Below, one piece after another: positions 47,900-59,756 of a stretch of DNA of 64,000 bases. How positions within the stretch are numbered: the stretch's first letter is position 1; the number at the start of each line of letters is the position of its first letter. Made by a program: the position numbers and the translations under genes. Under the pieces are notes generated by a model. That model ran no database searches and was not told the origin of the DNA. It saw only the letters and a list, made by a program, of their open reading frames with translations. The stretch comes from an uncultured delta proteobacterium (GTDB lineage: Bacteria > Desulfobacterota > Binatia > Binatales > Binataceae). Location: contig CAWCDG010000007.1 in the NCBI GenBank assembly GCA_963794325.1, positions 64,001-128,000 on the forward strand, in the 5' to 3' direction.

Positions 47900-48691
47900 A
47901 TGGAATTCGAACGCGCGAAACTCGAGATAGATGGACCGGTCGGAATCGTAACGCTCAATCATCCGGAAGTCATGAATGCGGTCTCAGTCGAGATGCTCGG
48001 CGGACTGATGAAGGCGCTTGACCAGGTCGAAGATCCAAAGAATGGCGTGCGATGCATCCTGATGACGGGCGCGGGCCGCGGCTTCTGCGCGGGCGCCAAC
48101 CTGCAACCAAGCGGCGGCGGTCCCAGCGGCTCGCGCGATGCCGGCTCGGTGCTCGAAACACAGTATCATCCGTTCCTGCGCCGCCTTCGCGAGCTTCCGA
48201 TTCCGTTCGTCACCGCGGTGAACGGCGCCGCGGCGGGCGTCGGAATGAGCTTTGCGCTGATGGGCGATCTCGTCGTGTGCGCGCGCTCCGCCTATTTCCT
48301 GCAGGCGTTCCGGCGCATCGGTTTGATTCCCGACGGCGGCTCGACCTGGATTCTGCCGCGCCTGATCGGCAAGGCGCGCGCGATGGAGCTGTCACTGATG
48401 GGCGAGAAGTTGCCAGCCGAGAAAGCGCTCGAATGGGGCCTCATCAACCGAGTCTTCGACGACGCGGATCTGATCGCGAAAGCCAAAGAGTTCGCCCGCG
48501 ACCTCGCGAGCGGACCGACGGTCGCACTCAGCCTGATTCGGCGCCTGTACTGGGAGAGCGCCGACAACACCTATGAAGAGCAGCTGAACCTCGAGCGTCA
48601 AATGCAACGTAGGGCCGGCCAGTCGGCGGACTTCGCCGAAGGCGTGCGCGCGTTCCTGGAGAAACGTTCCGCGAAGTTCAAAGGTGAATGA
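47900..48691 (+). CDS. Enoyl-CoA hydratase/isomerase (PaaG-like)
   Basis: TGAGRGFCAGANL, VNGAAAGVG, IGLIPDGG, DFAEGVRAFLEKR. Confidence 0.92.
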   Translation: MEFERAKLEIDGPVGIVTLNHPEVMNAVSVEMLGGLMKALDQVEDPKNGVRCILMTGAGRGFCAGANLQPSGGGPSGSRDAGSVLETQYHPFLRRLRELPIPFVTAVNGAAAGVGMSFALMGDLVVCARSAYFLQAFRRIGLIPDGGSTWILPRLIGKARAMELSLMGEKLPAEKALEWGLINRVFDDADLIAKAKEFARDLASGPTVALSLIRRLYWESADNTYEEQLNLERQMQRRAGQSADFAEGVRAFLEKRSAKFKGE

Positions 48692-48692
48692 T

Positions 48693-49733
48693 ATGGCGAA
48701 CACCGAAACAGATCGCGACTCGTGGCTCGCGAAAGTCAGCGAAGCTGCGCTCGAACCGGAACTGCCGATCGTCGATCCGCATCATCACCTGTGGGACCAT
48801 CCCGGCTCTCGCTATATGCTCGACGAGATTTTGCGCGACGCCAATTCGGGGCATCGCGTGCTCGCGACGGTGTTCGTCGAATGCATGTCGATGTATCGCG
48901 CGGACGGCCCCGAATCGATGCGGCCGGTCGGCGAGACCGAGTTCGTCAACGGCATCGCGGCCCAAAGCGCGAGTGGACAATACGGCGAGACTCGCGTCGC
49001 GGCGGGAATCGTCGGCTTCGCGGACTTGACGTTGGGCGAGGCAGTCTTGCCGGTGCTCGAGGCGCACATCGCCGCGGCGCCCATGCGCTTTCGGGGAATC
49101 CGGCACGCGGGCGGCTTCGACGCGAGTCCGGACGTGCGGAACTCGCACACCAACCCGCCGGCGGATCTGTACGAATCGAAAAAGTTTCGCGAAGGTTTTG
49201 CCAGGCTGAGCGAACTCGGTCTCACTTTCGAGGCTTGGCAGTACCATCCGCAGATGCCGGCAGTCACCACGCTCGCGAGGGCTTTCCCCGACACGACGAT
49301 CATCCTTAATCACTTTGGAGGCCCGCTGGGGATCGGTCCCTACGAAGGCCGGCGCGCGGAGGTATTCGGCGAATGGAAGAAGAATCTCACGGAGCTCGCA
49401 CGATGGCCGAACGTCGTGGTCAAGCTCGGCGGGATCAACATGCCGGTGAACGGATTCGGCTGGCATCGCAGGCCGTCGCCACCGACCTCGGACGAACTGG
49501 TGTCGGCGACGCGCGACTACTATCTCCACGCGATCGACAGGTTCGGGCCGCAGCGATGTATGTTCGAGAGCAACTTCCCGGTTGACCGGGTTTCATGTTC
49601 GTATGTCGTGCTGTGGAACGCGTTCAAGAAGATGGCCGCAGGCTTCACGAGGGACGAAAAGGCGCAGCTATTCCATCGCACCGCGGCCGAGGTTTACCGG
49701 CTGCCGATTGCAGCCAAGGAACCCAGCGCCTAG
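48693..49733 (+). CDS. Amidohydrolase_2 family protein (lactonase-like)
   Basis: IVDPHHHLW, RFRGIRH, LNHFGGP, MFESNFPVD. Confidence 0.92.
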   Translation: MANTETDRDSWLAKVSEAALEPELPIVDPHHHLWDHPGSRYMLDEILRDANSGHRVLATVFVECMSMYRADGPESMRPVGETEFVNGIAAQSASGQYGETRVAAGIVGFADLTLGEAVLPVLEAHIAAAPMRFRGIRHAGGFDASPDVRNSHTNPPADLYESKKFREGFARLSELGLTFEAWQYHPQMPAVTTLARAFPDTTIILNHFGGPLGIGPYEGRRAEVFGEWKKNLTELARWPNVVVKLGGINMPVNGFGWHRRPSPPTSDELVSATRDYYLHAIDRFGPQRCMFESNFPVDRVSCSYVVLWNAFKKMAAGFTRDEKAQLFHRTAAEVYRLPIAAKEPSA

Positions 49734-49830
49734 GCCTTCCGCGCGGTTCGGTCTGATTGAACAAATCGTGCGATCGATTGTCACGCCTTATTTGTGACGG
49801 CACAGGCCGAGCAAACGAGCGAGGTGACCA

Positions 49831-50007
49831 ATGGCGACGACCCTTACCCGACAGAGAGTGACTGGTTTAATCGATCACGCGAAAGATACCGAAATACCGG
49901 GATGGGAAGTCGCCTTGGACCGGTTGGGCCGCGAGCTCGTGTCCGCTTTCTTCATCGCGATGGCAGTGATGTGGGTGGTGACCGCGGTCGCCGGGATCTT
50001 TCGGTAA
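49831..50007 (+). CDS. Small membrane protein (58 aa), absent from the ORF track
   Basis: RBS GAGGTG; MATTLTRQRVTGLIDHAKDTEIPGWEVALDRLGRELVSAFFIAMAVMWVVTAVAGIFR with a C-terminal TM helix. Confidence 0.6.
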   Translation: MATTLTRQRVTGLIDHAKDTEIPGWEVALDRLGRELVSAFFIAMAVMWVVTAVAGIFR

Positions 50008-50057
50008 CTAGGCCAATTCCACGTCGAGCAGGTAGACGCAGGATCATCGCCTGCAAT

Positions 50058-51041
<984 letters not shown>

Positions 51042-51257
51042 TCACATTCATAATAGTCATAGCGAAACGGGGACGGCGATCGAAAGCGCGGTTCCACTGT
51101 CTCCAGATGACTCGCTGCAGCCGCCATCGCGTGAATAGTTTCATCGTGAATTTCTTTCGCCGCCGCTGAACCTGCTAGACTCGCATGACTGGTCGCTGCG
51201 TGGGGTGCAACGGCCGGCCAGCCCGCTTGGACCGCGTTGGATAGAGAGGGAGGATTC

Positions 51258-53828
51258 GTGGCGATCGTGAATGGCGGGTCACGGTTGGCGTCTTACTTAT
51301 CGTGCCGTGCGGCGGTTGCGTTACTCGTCGTAATCGCCGCGATTTTATTTGCCGGGAAGGCGCGCGCCGCGGTGAGCAAGCTCGCGGTCTCGACCAGCAG
51401 CCTGGCCTTCAACAAGATCAATCTATCGAGCAGGACTGCAACCGAGACAAAATCCTTCACCATCACAGACAATGGCGGTAGTGCACTCTCGGTCACCGTC
51501 GCGCCACCGCATGGAAGCGCATCTTTCAGGATAACGTCGGGACAGGGTGCGACGCTGATTCAGCCGCACGGAACGCTGGTCGTCAAGGTAGAGTTTGCGC
51601 CCATCAGCAAGGAAACGAGTTTCACCGCGCGCATCGCGATCAGCAGCGACGCGACCAAAGGTCAGGCGTCAGCCAAAGTCAAATTGACGGGCTCGGCAAA
51701 ACGATCGTTGGCGCCGACCGCAACGCCCACTGCGACGGCAACCGCAACTGCGACTGCCACCTCGACGGCGACGGCTACCGCAACGGCGACGGCCACTGAG
51801 ACTGTGACGGCGACCGTAAGTAGCACGCCGACAGCAACTGCAACGCGTACTGCGACTGCGACCGCAACACCGACTACGACTCTGACAGCCACAGCAACGG
51901 CGACCGCGACTCGAACCGCTACGGCGACAGCAACTTCCACTGCATCTGCGACATTGACGGCGACAGCAACTCCGACCGCGACGGCCACTGCTACAACTAC
52001 CGCGACTGCAACTCCAACTGCGACTCTGACGGCCACAGCAACAGCGACCACGACTCTATCTGCTACTACGACGACAACTCCTACGGCCACCGCAACCGCG
52101 ACGACGACCGCCGGGGTAACGGCCACCGCAACTCAGACGACGACAGCAACCACGACCGCCACCGCGACCTCAACCGCAACGGCTACGGCGACCGCAACTC
52201 GCACCGCAACCGTAACTCCAACAGACACGATGACCGCGACCGCAACTTCGAGCGCGTCAGCGAGCGCAACCCCGACTTCAACCTCGACCGCGACTATCAC
52301 GCCGACTGCCACTCCCACCGCAACGCCGGCTGTCATGACCGACGTGCTGACCTATCACAACGACGTCGCGCGCACCGGACAAAATCTCACCGAGAGCCTT
52401 CTGACTACCAGCAACGTCAAGACTTCGTTCGGTCAGCTGTTCCACGACTCGGTTGACGGACTGGTCGACGCGCAGCCGCTAATCAAGACGCAGGTGAATA
52501 TCCCCGGCCAGGGCACGCATAACGTGCTGTACATCGCAACCGAGAACGACAGCGTTTACGCTTTCGACGCCGATAGCGCCGGCCCGCCGCTGTGGCACGT
52601 CTCAGTGCTCGGGTCGGGCGAGATTGCCTCGGACGACCGGGGATGCAGCCAGGTAACGCCGCAGATCGGAATCACAAGCACGCCGGTAATCGATCCGAAC
52701 GCGGGCCCTAACGGCACCATTTATGTAGTCGCGATGTCCAAGACCAGTAGCGGGACGACCGCTTACTTTCAGCGGATCCACGCGCTGGACATGACGACCG
52801 GCGCCGAAGAATTCGGCGGACCGTTTACGGTTGCGGCGACATTTTCTCCCGGTCCGGCTTTCGATCCTAAGCAGTACAAGGAGCGGACCGGATTGCTTCT
52901 GCTCAACGGCCAGTTAATTACCGCGTGGGCATCGCATTGCGACGACAAGCCCTACAATGGCTGGATCATGGCGTACGATCAGAACACGCTCGTTCAGACT
53001 TCCGCTCTGGATATCACGCCCAACGGCAGTGAAGGCGCGATCTGGCAAGCCGGTGGAGGACTGGCGGCCGACAATTCAGGCAACATCTATTTTCTGGCTG
53101 GGAACGGGACTTGGGACACCAAGGTCGACACCAATGGCTTCCCCACCAAAAACGATTTCGGCAACGGTTTCCTGAAACTGTCCAACTCGAACGGGCTGAC
53201 GGTCAGCGATTTCTTCGAGCCGTTCAATACAGTCAGTGAATCGGACGGCGATACGGATTTGGGTTCAGGCGGTGCGATGGTGTTGCCCGACATGACCGAC
53301 TCGACTGAGACCACGCGGCATCTTGCGGTCGGCGCCGGCAAGGATGGGAATATCTACCTCGTCGACCGCGACAAGATGGGCAAGTTCAACTCCGCGAATA
53401 ACAGCAACGCATACCAGGTGCTGGCGGGTGCATTGGATAACGGTGAATGGTCGGCGCCAGCGTATTTTAATGGCACCCTTTACTATGGCGGAGTGAACGT
53501 TCAGCTCCAGGCCTTCACCTTTTCGCAAGCGAAGCTGGTAGTGATGCCGTCGTCGGTCAGCACCGAAACCTACGGCTATCCTGGCGCGACGCCCAGCATC
53601 TCGGCCAACGGATCAAGCAATGCAATCGTATGGGCTGTCCAGAATGAAGGATCGCTCGGGGCCTTGCGTGCGTACGACGCGACCAACCTGGGCACGGAGT
53701 TCTACAATAGCAATTCGACGCCGGGAGACAGCTTCAACGACAACAAGTTCATCACACCGACCATCGCGAACGGGAAAGTTTACGTCGGTACGACAAACAG
53801 CGTGGTTGTGTTTGGACTGAAGCCCTGA
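51258..53828 (+). CDS. Secreted protein: Ig-like (ASH/choice-of-anchor D-like) domain, Thr/Ala stalk, PQQ-like beta-propeller
   Basis: Signal peptide, ~200-aa TATAT linker, DVLTYHND..RTGQN, GITSTPVID, DLGSGG, KFITPTIANGKVYVGT. Confidence 0.85.
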   Translation: MAIVNGGSRLASYLSCRAAVALLVVIAAILFAGKARAAVSKLAVSTSSLAFNKINLSSRTATETKSFTITDNGGSALSVTVAPPHGSASFRITSGQGATLIQPHGTLVVKVEFAPISKETSFTARIAISSDATKGQASAKVKLTGSAKRSLAPTATPTATATATATATSTATATATATATETVTATVSSTPTATATRTATATATPTTTLTATATATATRTATATATSTASATLTATATPTATATATTTATATPTATLTATATATTTLSATTTTTPTATATATTTAGVTATATQTTTATTTATATSTATATATATRTATVTPTDTMTATATSSASASATPTSTSTATITPTATPTATPAVMTDVLTYHNDVARTGQNLTESLLTTSNVKTSFGQLFHDSVDGLVDAQPLIKTQVNIPGQGTHNVLYIATENDSVYAFDADSAGPPLWHVSVLGSGEIASDDRGCSQVTPQIGITSTPVIDPNAGPNGTIYVVAMSKTSSGTTAYFQRIHALDMTTGAEEFGGPFTVAATFSPGPAFDPKQYKERTGLLLLNGQLITAWASHCDDKPYNGWIMAYDQNTLVQTSALDITPNGSEGAIWQAGGGLAADNSGNIYFLAGNGTWDTKVDTNGFPTKNDFGNGFLKLSNSNGLTVSDFFEPFNTVSESDGDTDLGSGGAMVLPDMTDSTETTRHLAVGAGKDGNIYLVDRDKMGKFNSANNSNAYQVLAGALDNGEWSAPAYFNGTLYYGGVNVQLQAFTFSQAKLVVMPSSVSTETYGYPGATPSISANGSSNAIVWAVQNEGSLGALRAYDATNLGTEFYNSNSTPGDSFNDNKFITPTIANGKVYVGTTNSVVVFGLKP

Positions 53829-53840
53829 ACCGGCGACCTT

Positions 53841-54566
53841 CTAATCCTTCTGATGGTCTGCGAGAAAGCGAAGCATTAACGCTTGCAGCTCCGCGCTATG
53901 CGGCCCATGCAGGATCGCCGTGCCATGTAGGCGGCCGGGATAAATCTCCATCGACTTCGGCGCCACCGCCAGCCGATAGAGGATCTCAGGTTGCCCTGCG
54001 ACCAGCGGATCGGCGGCCGACGTGACGAAAAGTATCGGTGCGCGGACATGGCGAATTGACTCGGTCACGACCAGGCCGCCGAAGCTGGTGGGCGTCGAGA
54101 TGCAGATGATTCCCGCTACGTCCTCGCGCGCGGCGACCAGTATTGCGGCCTCGGAACCGAGACTCGCGCCCGCTATGAAGATCCGCGAGACGCGCGGCCG
54201 CATAAACTGATACGCCGCCAGCAAATCAGTGCCGGCGAATTCGGTGCCCGACTGTCCCTCCGATTCCGTAAATCCGCGGAAGTCAAAAGTCAGCGCCTGG
54301 TATCCGTGCGCCGCGAGCACTTGGGCGAAGTCAGTCCAGTCGGACTGATCGGCAGGATACATGTGCGCGAGGATCACGCCCGTCGATCCGCTGCCGTAAA
54401 GATGGCCGCGCAGCAGCACGCCATCGGAAGTCCGGAACGAGACGTGCTCCCCGCCAAGGTCGGCCGGCTTGCGAGTCGGATTCGGCGCGAAGCATCCTGC
54501 GACAAGCGTGATAAGCCCAATCATCGCAAGTGCGCGCCATCCATGATCCACTACGGATTGTAACAT
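53841..54566 (-). CDS. Alpha/beta hydrolase lipoprotein
   Basis: Lipobox VAGC, DFRGF, GASLG nucleophile, LHG. Confidence 0.85.
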   Translation of the reverse strand: MLQSVVDHGWRALAMIGLITLVAGCFAPNPTRKPADLGGEHVSFRTSDGVLLRGHLYGSGSTGVILAHMYPADQSDWTDFAQVLAAHGYQALTFDFRGFTESEGQSGTEFAGTDLLAAYQFMRPRVSRIFIAGASLGSEAAILVAAREDVAGIICISTPTSFGGLVVTESIRHVRAPILFVTSAADPLVAGQPEILYRLAVAPKSMEIYPGRLHGTAILHGPHSAELQALMLRFLADHQKD

Positions 54567-54661
54567 CTACTCTTGTAGCGAGATCTTAATCTTTTTGCGC
54601 TGGTAACAAGTCTTAACCTGTTGTATCGTGGCCAAATTCTGTTCTTTTGGGGGCCTTCCGG

Positions 54662-57600
54662 ATGTTGGGGAAGTCTAAGGCTTTGTCCAGGTGGTTGCGA
54701 CTGCCTTCGCTTCTGCTCGTTCTACTGACCACCCTCATTTTGGTCACGACGCTTCCCGCAGCGACAGGCGATACCACTGCCGATCGGGAGCTAGGGCAAG
54801 CCGGTTTCACGCTCAACGGCCAGAATTTTATCGACGGCGCCGGGTTCAATTACAACCTCGGGAGCATCGGCAACGTGACGCCGGCCAACGGCGTCGCAGT
54901 CGATGTGAGTTCGACCCCGAAGCATCTGTATGTTGCGGATACTCTGAACAGCCGCATCCTGGGCTGGAACAACGCTGACTCATTTACCAGCGGGCAGCCT
55001 GCCGACCTGGTGATCGGCCAGGTCGACATGTTCCACAACGGATGCGATCAGCCGACCAACAATTTCAACGCCGCGACCGCCACCAACCTTTGTTTCCCGA
55101 CAGGCGTTGCGGTTGATTCCAACGGCGGCCTGTATATCGCAGATTTCGAAAATAACCGCGTCGTCGAATACAGCGCGCCCTACGCCGCATACGCCGCAAT
55201 TCCCCAGACCTGCACGGCGGCGAATCCATGCGAGAACCAGTTGTCGGCAAACCTGGTGTTTGGCCAGGTCGATGGCTTGGGGAATCCGACTTTCACCACC
55301 TCCAATTGCAATGGCTCGCATGGACAGGGAGCAACTACCTCCAACGAGGAGCTGTGCAACCCTGAGGGTGTCAGCGTAAATCCGACGACTCACGACCTCT
55401 ACGTTGCCGACGCGACCAACAGCCGCGTCGTGGTGTTCCTGGATCCTCTGACCGGCGGCGGGATGCAGGGAGTGTCGGGGAATCCCGGCGACGAGACTGC
55501 GGACTATGTGTTCGGGCAGGGCGGGATCTTCACGACCACGACCTGCAACAAAGGCGGCAGCGTTACCGCGAGCACTCTATGCGGGTCCGGATTTTTTGTG
55601 GGCGGAGGCGGCGTCGGGGTCGATGCCGGCGGCGATGTATATATCGCGGACACGCTGAACAACCGCGTCCTTCAATTCAATAACCCGCTCGGTGGGAGTC
55701 CGCCTGTCACCACGTCGTTCGCGGCCAACGGCGTTTTTGGCCAGACCGGCTTCACTAACAGCAGCGCCAACCTCGGGGGCTCGCCTACCGCCGCGTCGCT
55801 GGACGCGCCGATCGACGTAAAGCTCGACGGCATCGGCAATCTTTACGTCGCCGATTTCGCCAACAGCCGCGTGCTTGAGTTCAACACGCCGGCCTCCTCG
55901 AGCTCGGACCCGACGGCCAATTTTGTCTTCGGACAGACCAACTTCACCAACAATTTTTGCTTTCAACCCTCGGCGACCAACCTGTGCGATCCGAGCGGCG
56001 TCGCGATCGACGTGCTGGGTAATGTGTTTATCGCCGACCTGAATAACGATCGAATGCTCGAATACAACACTCCGCTGTCGACTGATCGCACAGCGGACGC
56101 GGTGCTGGGCCAGGCCGTGTTTGACACCGGCTTTCACGATCTGGTCGATAGCAAAGGATTCAATTTGCCGCAGAACGTGACGGTCGATCAGTATTCGACA
56201 CCGAATCATATTTACGTCACCGACGGCGGCGGCAACGGACAATTCGACAATCGTGTGCTCGCGTGGTACGACGCGAAAACTTTTCAGAACGGCCAGCCCG
56301 CCGACCTGGTATTCGGGCAACCTGATTTCTTCCACATCAAGGCTAACAACGGTGTCAACGGCCCAGGGAATCCTGGTCCCGACACTCTCAGCGGGCCGCT
56401 CGGGATGACGGTCGACAGCTCCAGCGGCCTGTACATTACCGACAGCGGCAACAATCGCGTACTCGAGTACGACAATCCCTTTCAGGGATTCGTGCCTGGC
56501 TCCGGGCCGAGGCTTACAGCGCCCGGCACTCCGTCCGGCTCGGCTGGAGACACGGTTGCCGATCGGGTGTTCGGCACCTGCGGCGATTTCACGACCAATA
56601 GCTGCACCCCGTCGTCGGGTACCGCGGATACGTTGAGTCAGCCGCAGAGCGTCGCATTCGACCCGAAGAATGGCGCCCTCTATATATCCCTCGCCTCTCC
56701 AGAAGCAGTGTTCGAGTACGATACACCGCTAACCAGCCAAACAGCCCACCTCGTGTTCGGGACCTGCGGCGGCGGCTTCGGCGCGAATAGTTGTCCGAGC
56801 ACTCCAAGCGACGCGAGCCTTACCGCTCCGACCGGTCTCGCCGTGGACTCGCAGGGCAACCTGTTCGTGACCGACGCGGCCAGCAACGGCAGCATCTCGC
56901 GCCTTCTGATGTATCTCGATCCGCTCGGCGCCACCGGCGGCTGCGTCCCCAATGGCGACGGCTCCGGATGCCAGGGGGACATCGTGGCCGACAAAGTCTT
57001 CGGCACTTGCGGGGGCGGTTTTACTGCCTACGATTGCAGCGGCACCACCAACCAAAGCCTCCTGTACGGGCTCGGGGGATGGAACGGCGTAGCGGTCGAC
57101 GCGAACGAAAATCTCTACGCGATGGATCCAGGTGACAACCGCGTACTGCGCTTTCCGAATGCATCGACGATTCCGGGAAGTCTCACGGCACTACAGGTCT
57201 TTGGACAGGGCGGGAGTTTCACTACCGGCACTCCTGACAACGGCGGCGTCACTGCCGACAGTCTCGGCGCGCCGGTACCTTTCAGCAGCGGGTTTCATCC
57301 GCCGCTTGGCATAACGGTGGACAGTTCATGCAACGTCTACATTGCCGACGCGGGCAATAACCGGGTGCTGGGGTATGACCAGCCGGCGGGTCCATGCGGA
57401 TCAGCAACGCCTACTCCGACCGCGACGTCAACTGCGTCGACGCCAACGCCGACGGCCACCGCAACTCGAACCGCGACTGCGACCGCGACCTTGACTGCGA
57501 CATCCACAGCGTCGGCGACGGCAACCAGCACAGCAACTGCGACCGCCACTCTCACAGCAACCGCAACTGCGACTGCAACGAAAACTGCGACAGCAACCGC

Positions 57601-59000
57601 AACCGCCACCTCGACCGCGACTGCAACGCCCACGGCCACGCTGACTGCAACGCCGACCGCGACTGCGACCGCAACCAAAACCGCCACAGCAACGGCGACC
57701 GCCACTTCCACATCGACCGCCACGAACACAGTCACGGCAACTGCAACGCCGACGGCCACGGCGACTGCGACAGCGACAGCGACAAAGACTGCGACTACAA
57801 CTGCGACGTCAACACCCTCGCCGACCGCAACCGCCACGACTACCGTGACTGCAACGCCGACGCCGACAGCTACGGCAACCTCAACGCCCACCGCTACTGC
57901 CACGGCAACTGCAACTCAAACGGCAACGCCGACCGCGACTGCGACCGCAAGTAAAACCGCCACTGCAACGGCGACCGCCACTTCCACATCGACCGGCACT
58001 ACCACAGTCACGGCAACTGCTACGCCGACGGCCACCACAACTACAACGGCGACTAAGACCGCTACTGCAACCGCGACGTCAACGGCCTCGCCGACCCCTA
58101 CGGCAACCGCCACGACTACCTTGACTGCAACGCCGACGGCGACGGCTACTGCAACCTCAACTCTCACCGCTAGTGCTACGGCAACCGCAACTCAGACGGC
58201 AACGGCGACCGCGTCGGCGACCGAAACCGCAACTCCGACATCCTCTGTCACAGCGACTGCAACCCCAACGGCCACGGCCACCCTGACCGCAACGCCGACC
58301 GCAACCGTGACTTCAACGGAGACTGCGACGGCGACGCCGACCATGACCGCAACTGCGACGCCAACGGTCACGGCGACGGCCACTCAGACGGCAACCGTCA
58401 CGTCAACTCCAACGAGCTCAGCCACATCGACCGCAACATCGACGACGACCGCAACTTCCACCGCGACCTCTACTCGGACGGCGACTGTGACCGCAACTGC
58501 GACGCCGACTGCGACTGCGACTGCGACCGCGACCTCAACTCAGACCGTTACGGCGACTGCGACTGCAAACCGCTACCGCTACCGCTACCGCCACCACAAC
58601 TCGAACTGCCTCGCCGACGGCAACTGGCACCGCGACTCAAAGCGCAACTCCAACTCCGACACCGACTGGGGCAGGTCACATCGCGGTTTCGCCACACAGG
58701 TTGAACTTCAAAGCGGCTCCGGATGCGACCGTAACCGCGAGCGTTACGATCCGCGATACCGGTTCCGGCCTTTTGAACGTCAACGTAGGCGCGCCGAAAC
58801 ACAATCCACCCTTCTCAATCCTCAGCAACGGCGGAGCGCTCACGATCCAGCCTCACTCGAGCGCGATCGTGGTGATCCAGTACGCGCCAACCGCAAAAGG
58901 CGCGACCAATGATTCGATCTCGATCACCAGCGACGATCCGAAGCAGAAGAAACCAATCAGCGTGAAGCTCAAGGGCAAATCCAAAGCGCCCAAGCATTGA
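54662..59000 (+). pseudogene. Giant NHL-repeat surface protein with Thr/Ala stalk and C-terminal Ig-like domain; +1 frameshift at 58567-58569
   Basis: Repeated AD.VFGQ / LYVAD..N.RV units. Removing one A from GCAAAC restores TATAT... and joins the frame of ORF 58701..59000. Confidence 0.8.
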
Positions 59001-59120
59001 GTCGCGCCGTTTTCCTTTCCCAGCGCTGCCGACCTTCGTAACACGGGTGCAGGAGACGTCCCTGCCGCTTGTAAGGAACCCAATCGCTGGTAGTAAGATG
59101 CGGGCATCGGAGGAAGCGAC

Positions 59121-59726
59121 ATGACAAAACTTCACGGAACTTCAAGATCGCGCAGCGCGCGGTCTTTATGGGCGCTCGAAGAGCTCGGCGTCAACTACGA
59201 ACACAATCCGATGCCGACCACCGACGCCAAGTCGCCCGCACATCTCAAACTCAATCCCAACGGTCACGTGCCGGTGCTCGAAGATGACGGCGTGGTGGTT
59301 TGGGAATCGATGGCGATCAATCTCTACCTGGCCGACAAGTACGGCAAAAATTCGCTATGGCCGTCCGATCCAGCGGGGCGTGCCGACGCCTACAAGTGGA
59401 GCTTCTTCGCGATGACCGAAGTCGAGCCGCATCTCATCACGATTCTCCGCAACCGCGTGATGAATGCGCCCGATCAGCGCGACGAGAAGGCCGCGCAGGC
59501 CGCCGTCGAAGCATTGAAGGCACCGATGAATGCGCTCGAGGAATCGCTCAAGGGCAAGGAATATCTGCTCGGCAAGACTTTCACGATTGCGGACCTGAAC
59601 GTCGCCGCTGTGATGAGCTGGGCGCCGATGATGAAGCTCGATCTGTCGGCATGGCCGAACGTAGCGGCATGGCTGCAGAAGTGTCTCGGGCGCGAAGCGA
59701 ACAAGAAGGTGCGCGGGCTGAAGTAG
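59121..59726 (+). CDS. Glutathione S-transferase
   Basis: LNPNGHVPVL, WESMAINLYL, FTIADL. Confidence 0.94.
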   Translation: MTKLHGTSRSRSARSLWALEELGVNYEHNPMPTTDAKSPAHLKLNPNGHVPVLEDDGVVVWESMAINLYLADKYGKNSLWPSDPAGRADAYKWSFFAMTEVEPHLITILRNRVMNAPDQRDEKAAQAAVEALKAPMNALEESLKGKEYLLGKTFTIADLNVAAVMSWAPMMKLDLSAWPNVAAWLQKCLGREANKKVRGLK

Positions 59727-59756
59727 TCGCCGGTTGACTGAAGCGAGGTAGGAATC

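Noticed and set aside
51662-58383. Minus-strand VAVAVAV ORFs and apparent repeat arrays
   Set aside because: Antisense shadows of the Thr/Ala stalks. There is no fixed repeat-spacer structure, so this is not CRISPR.
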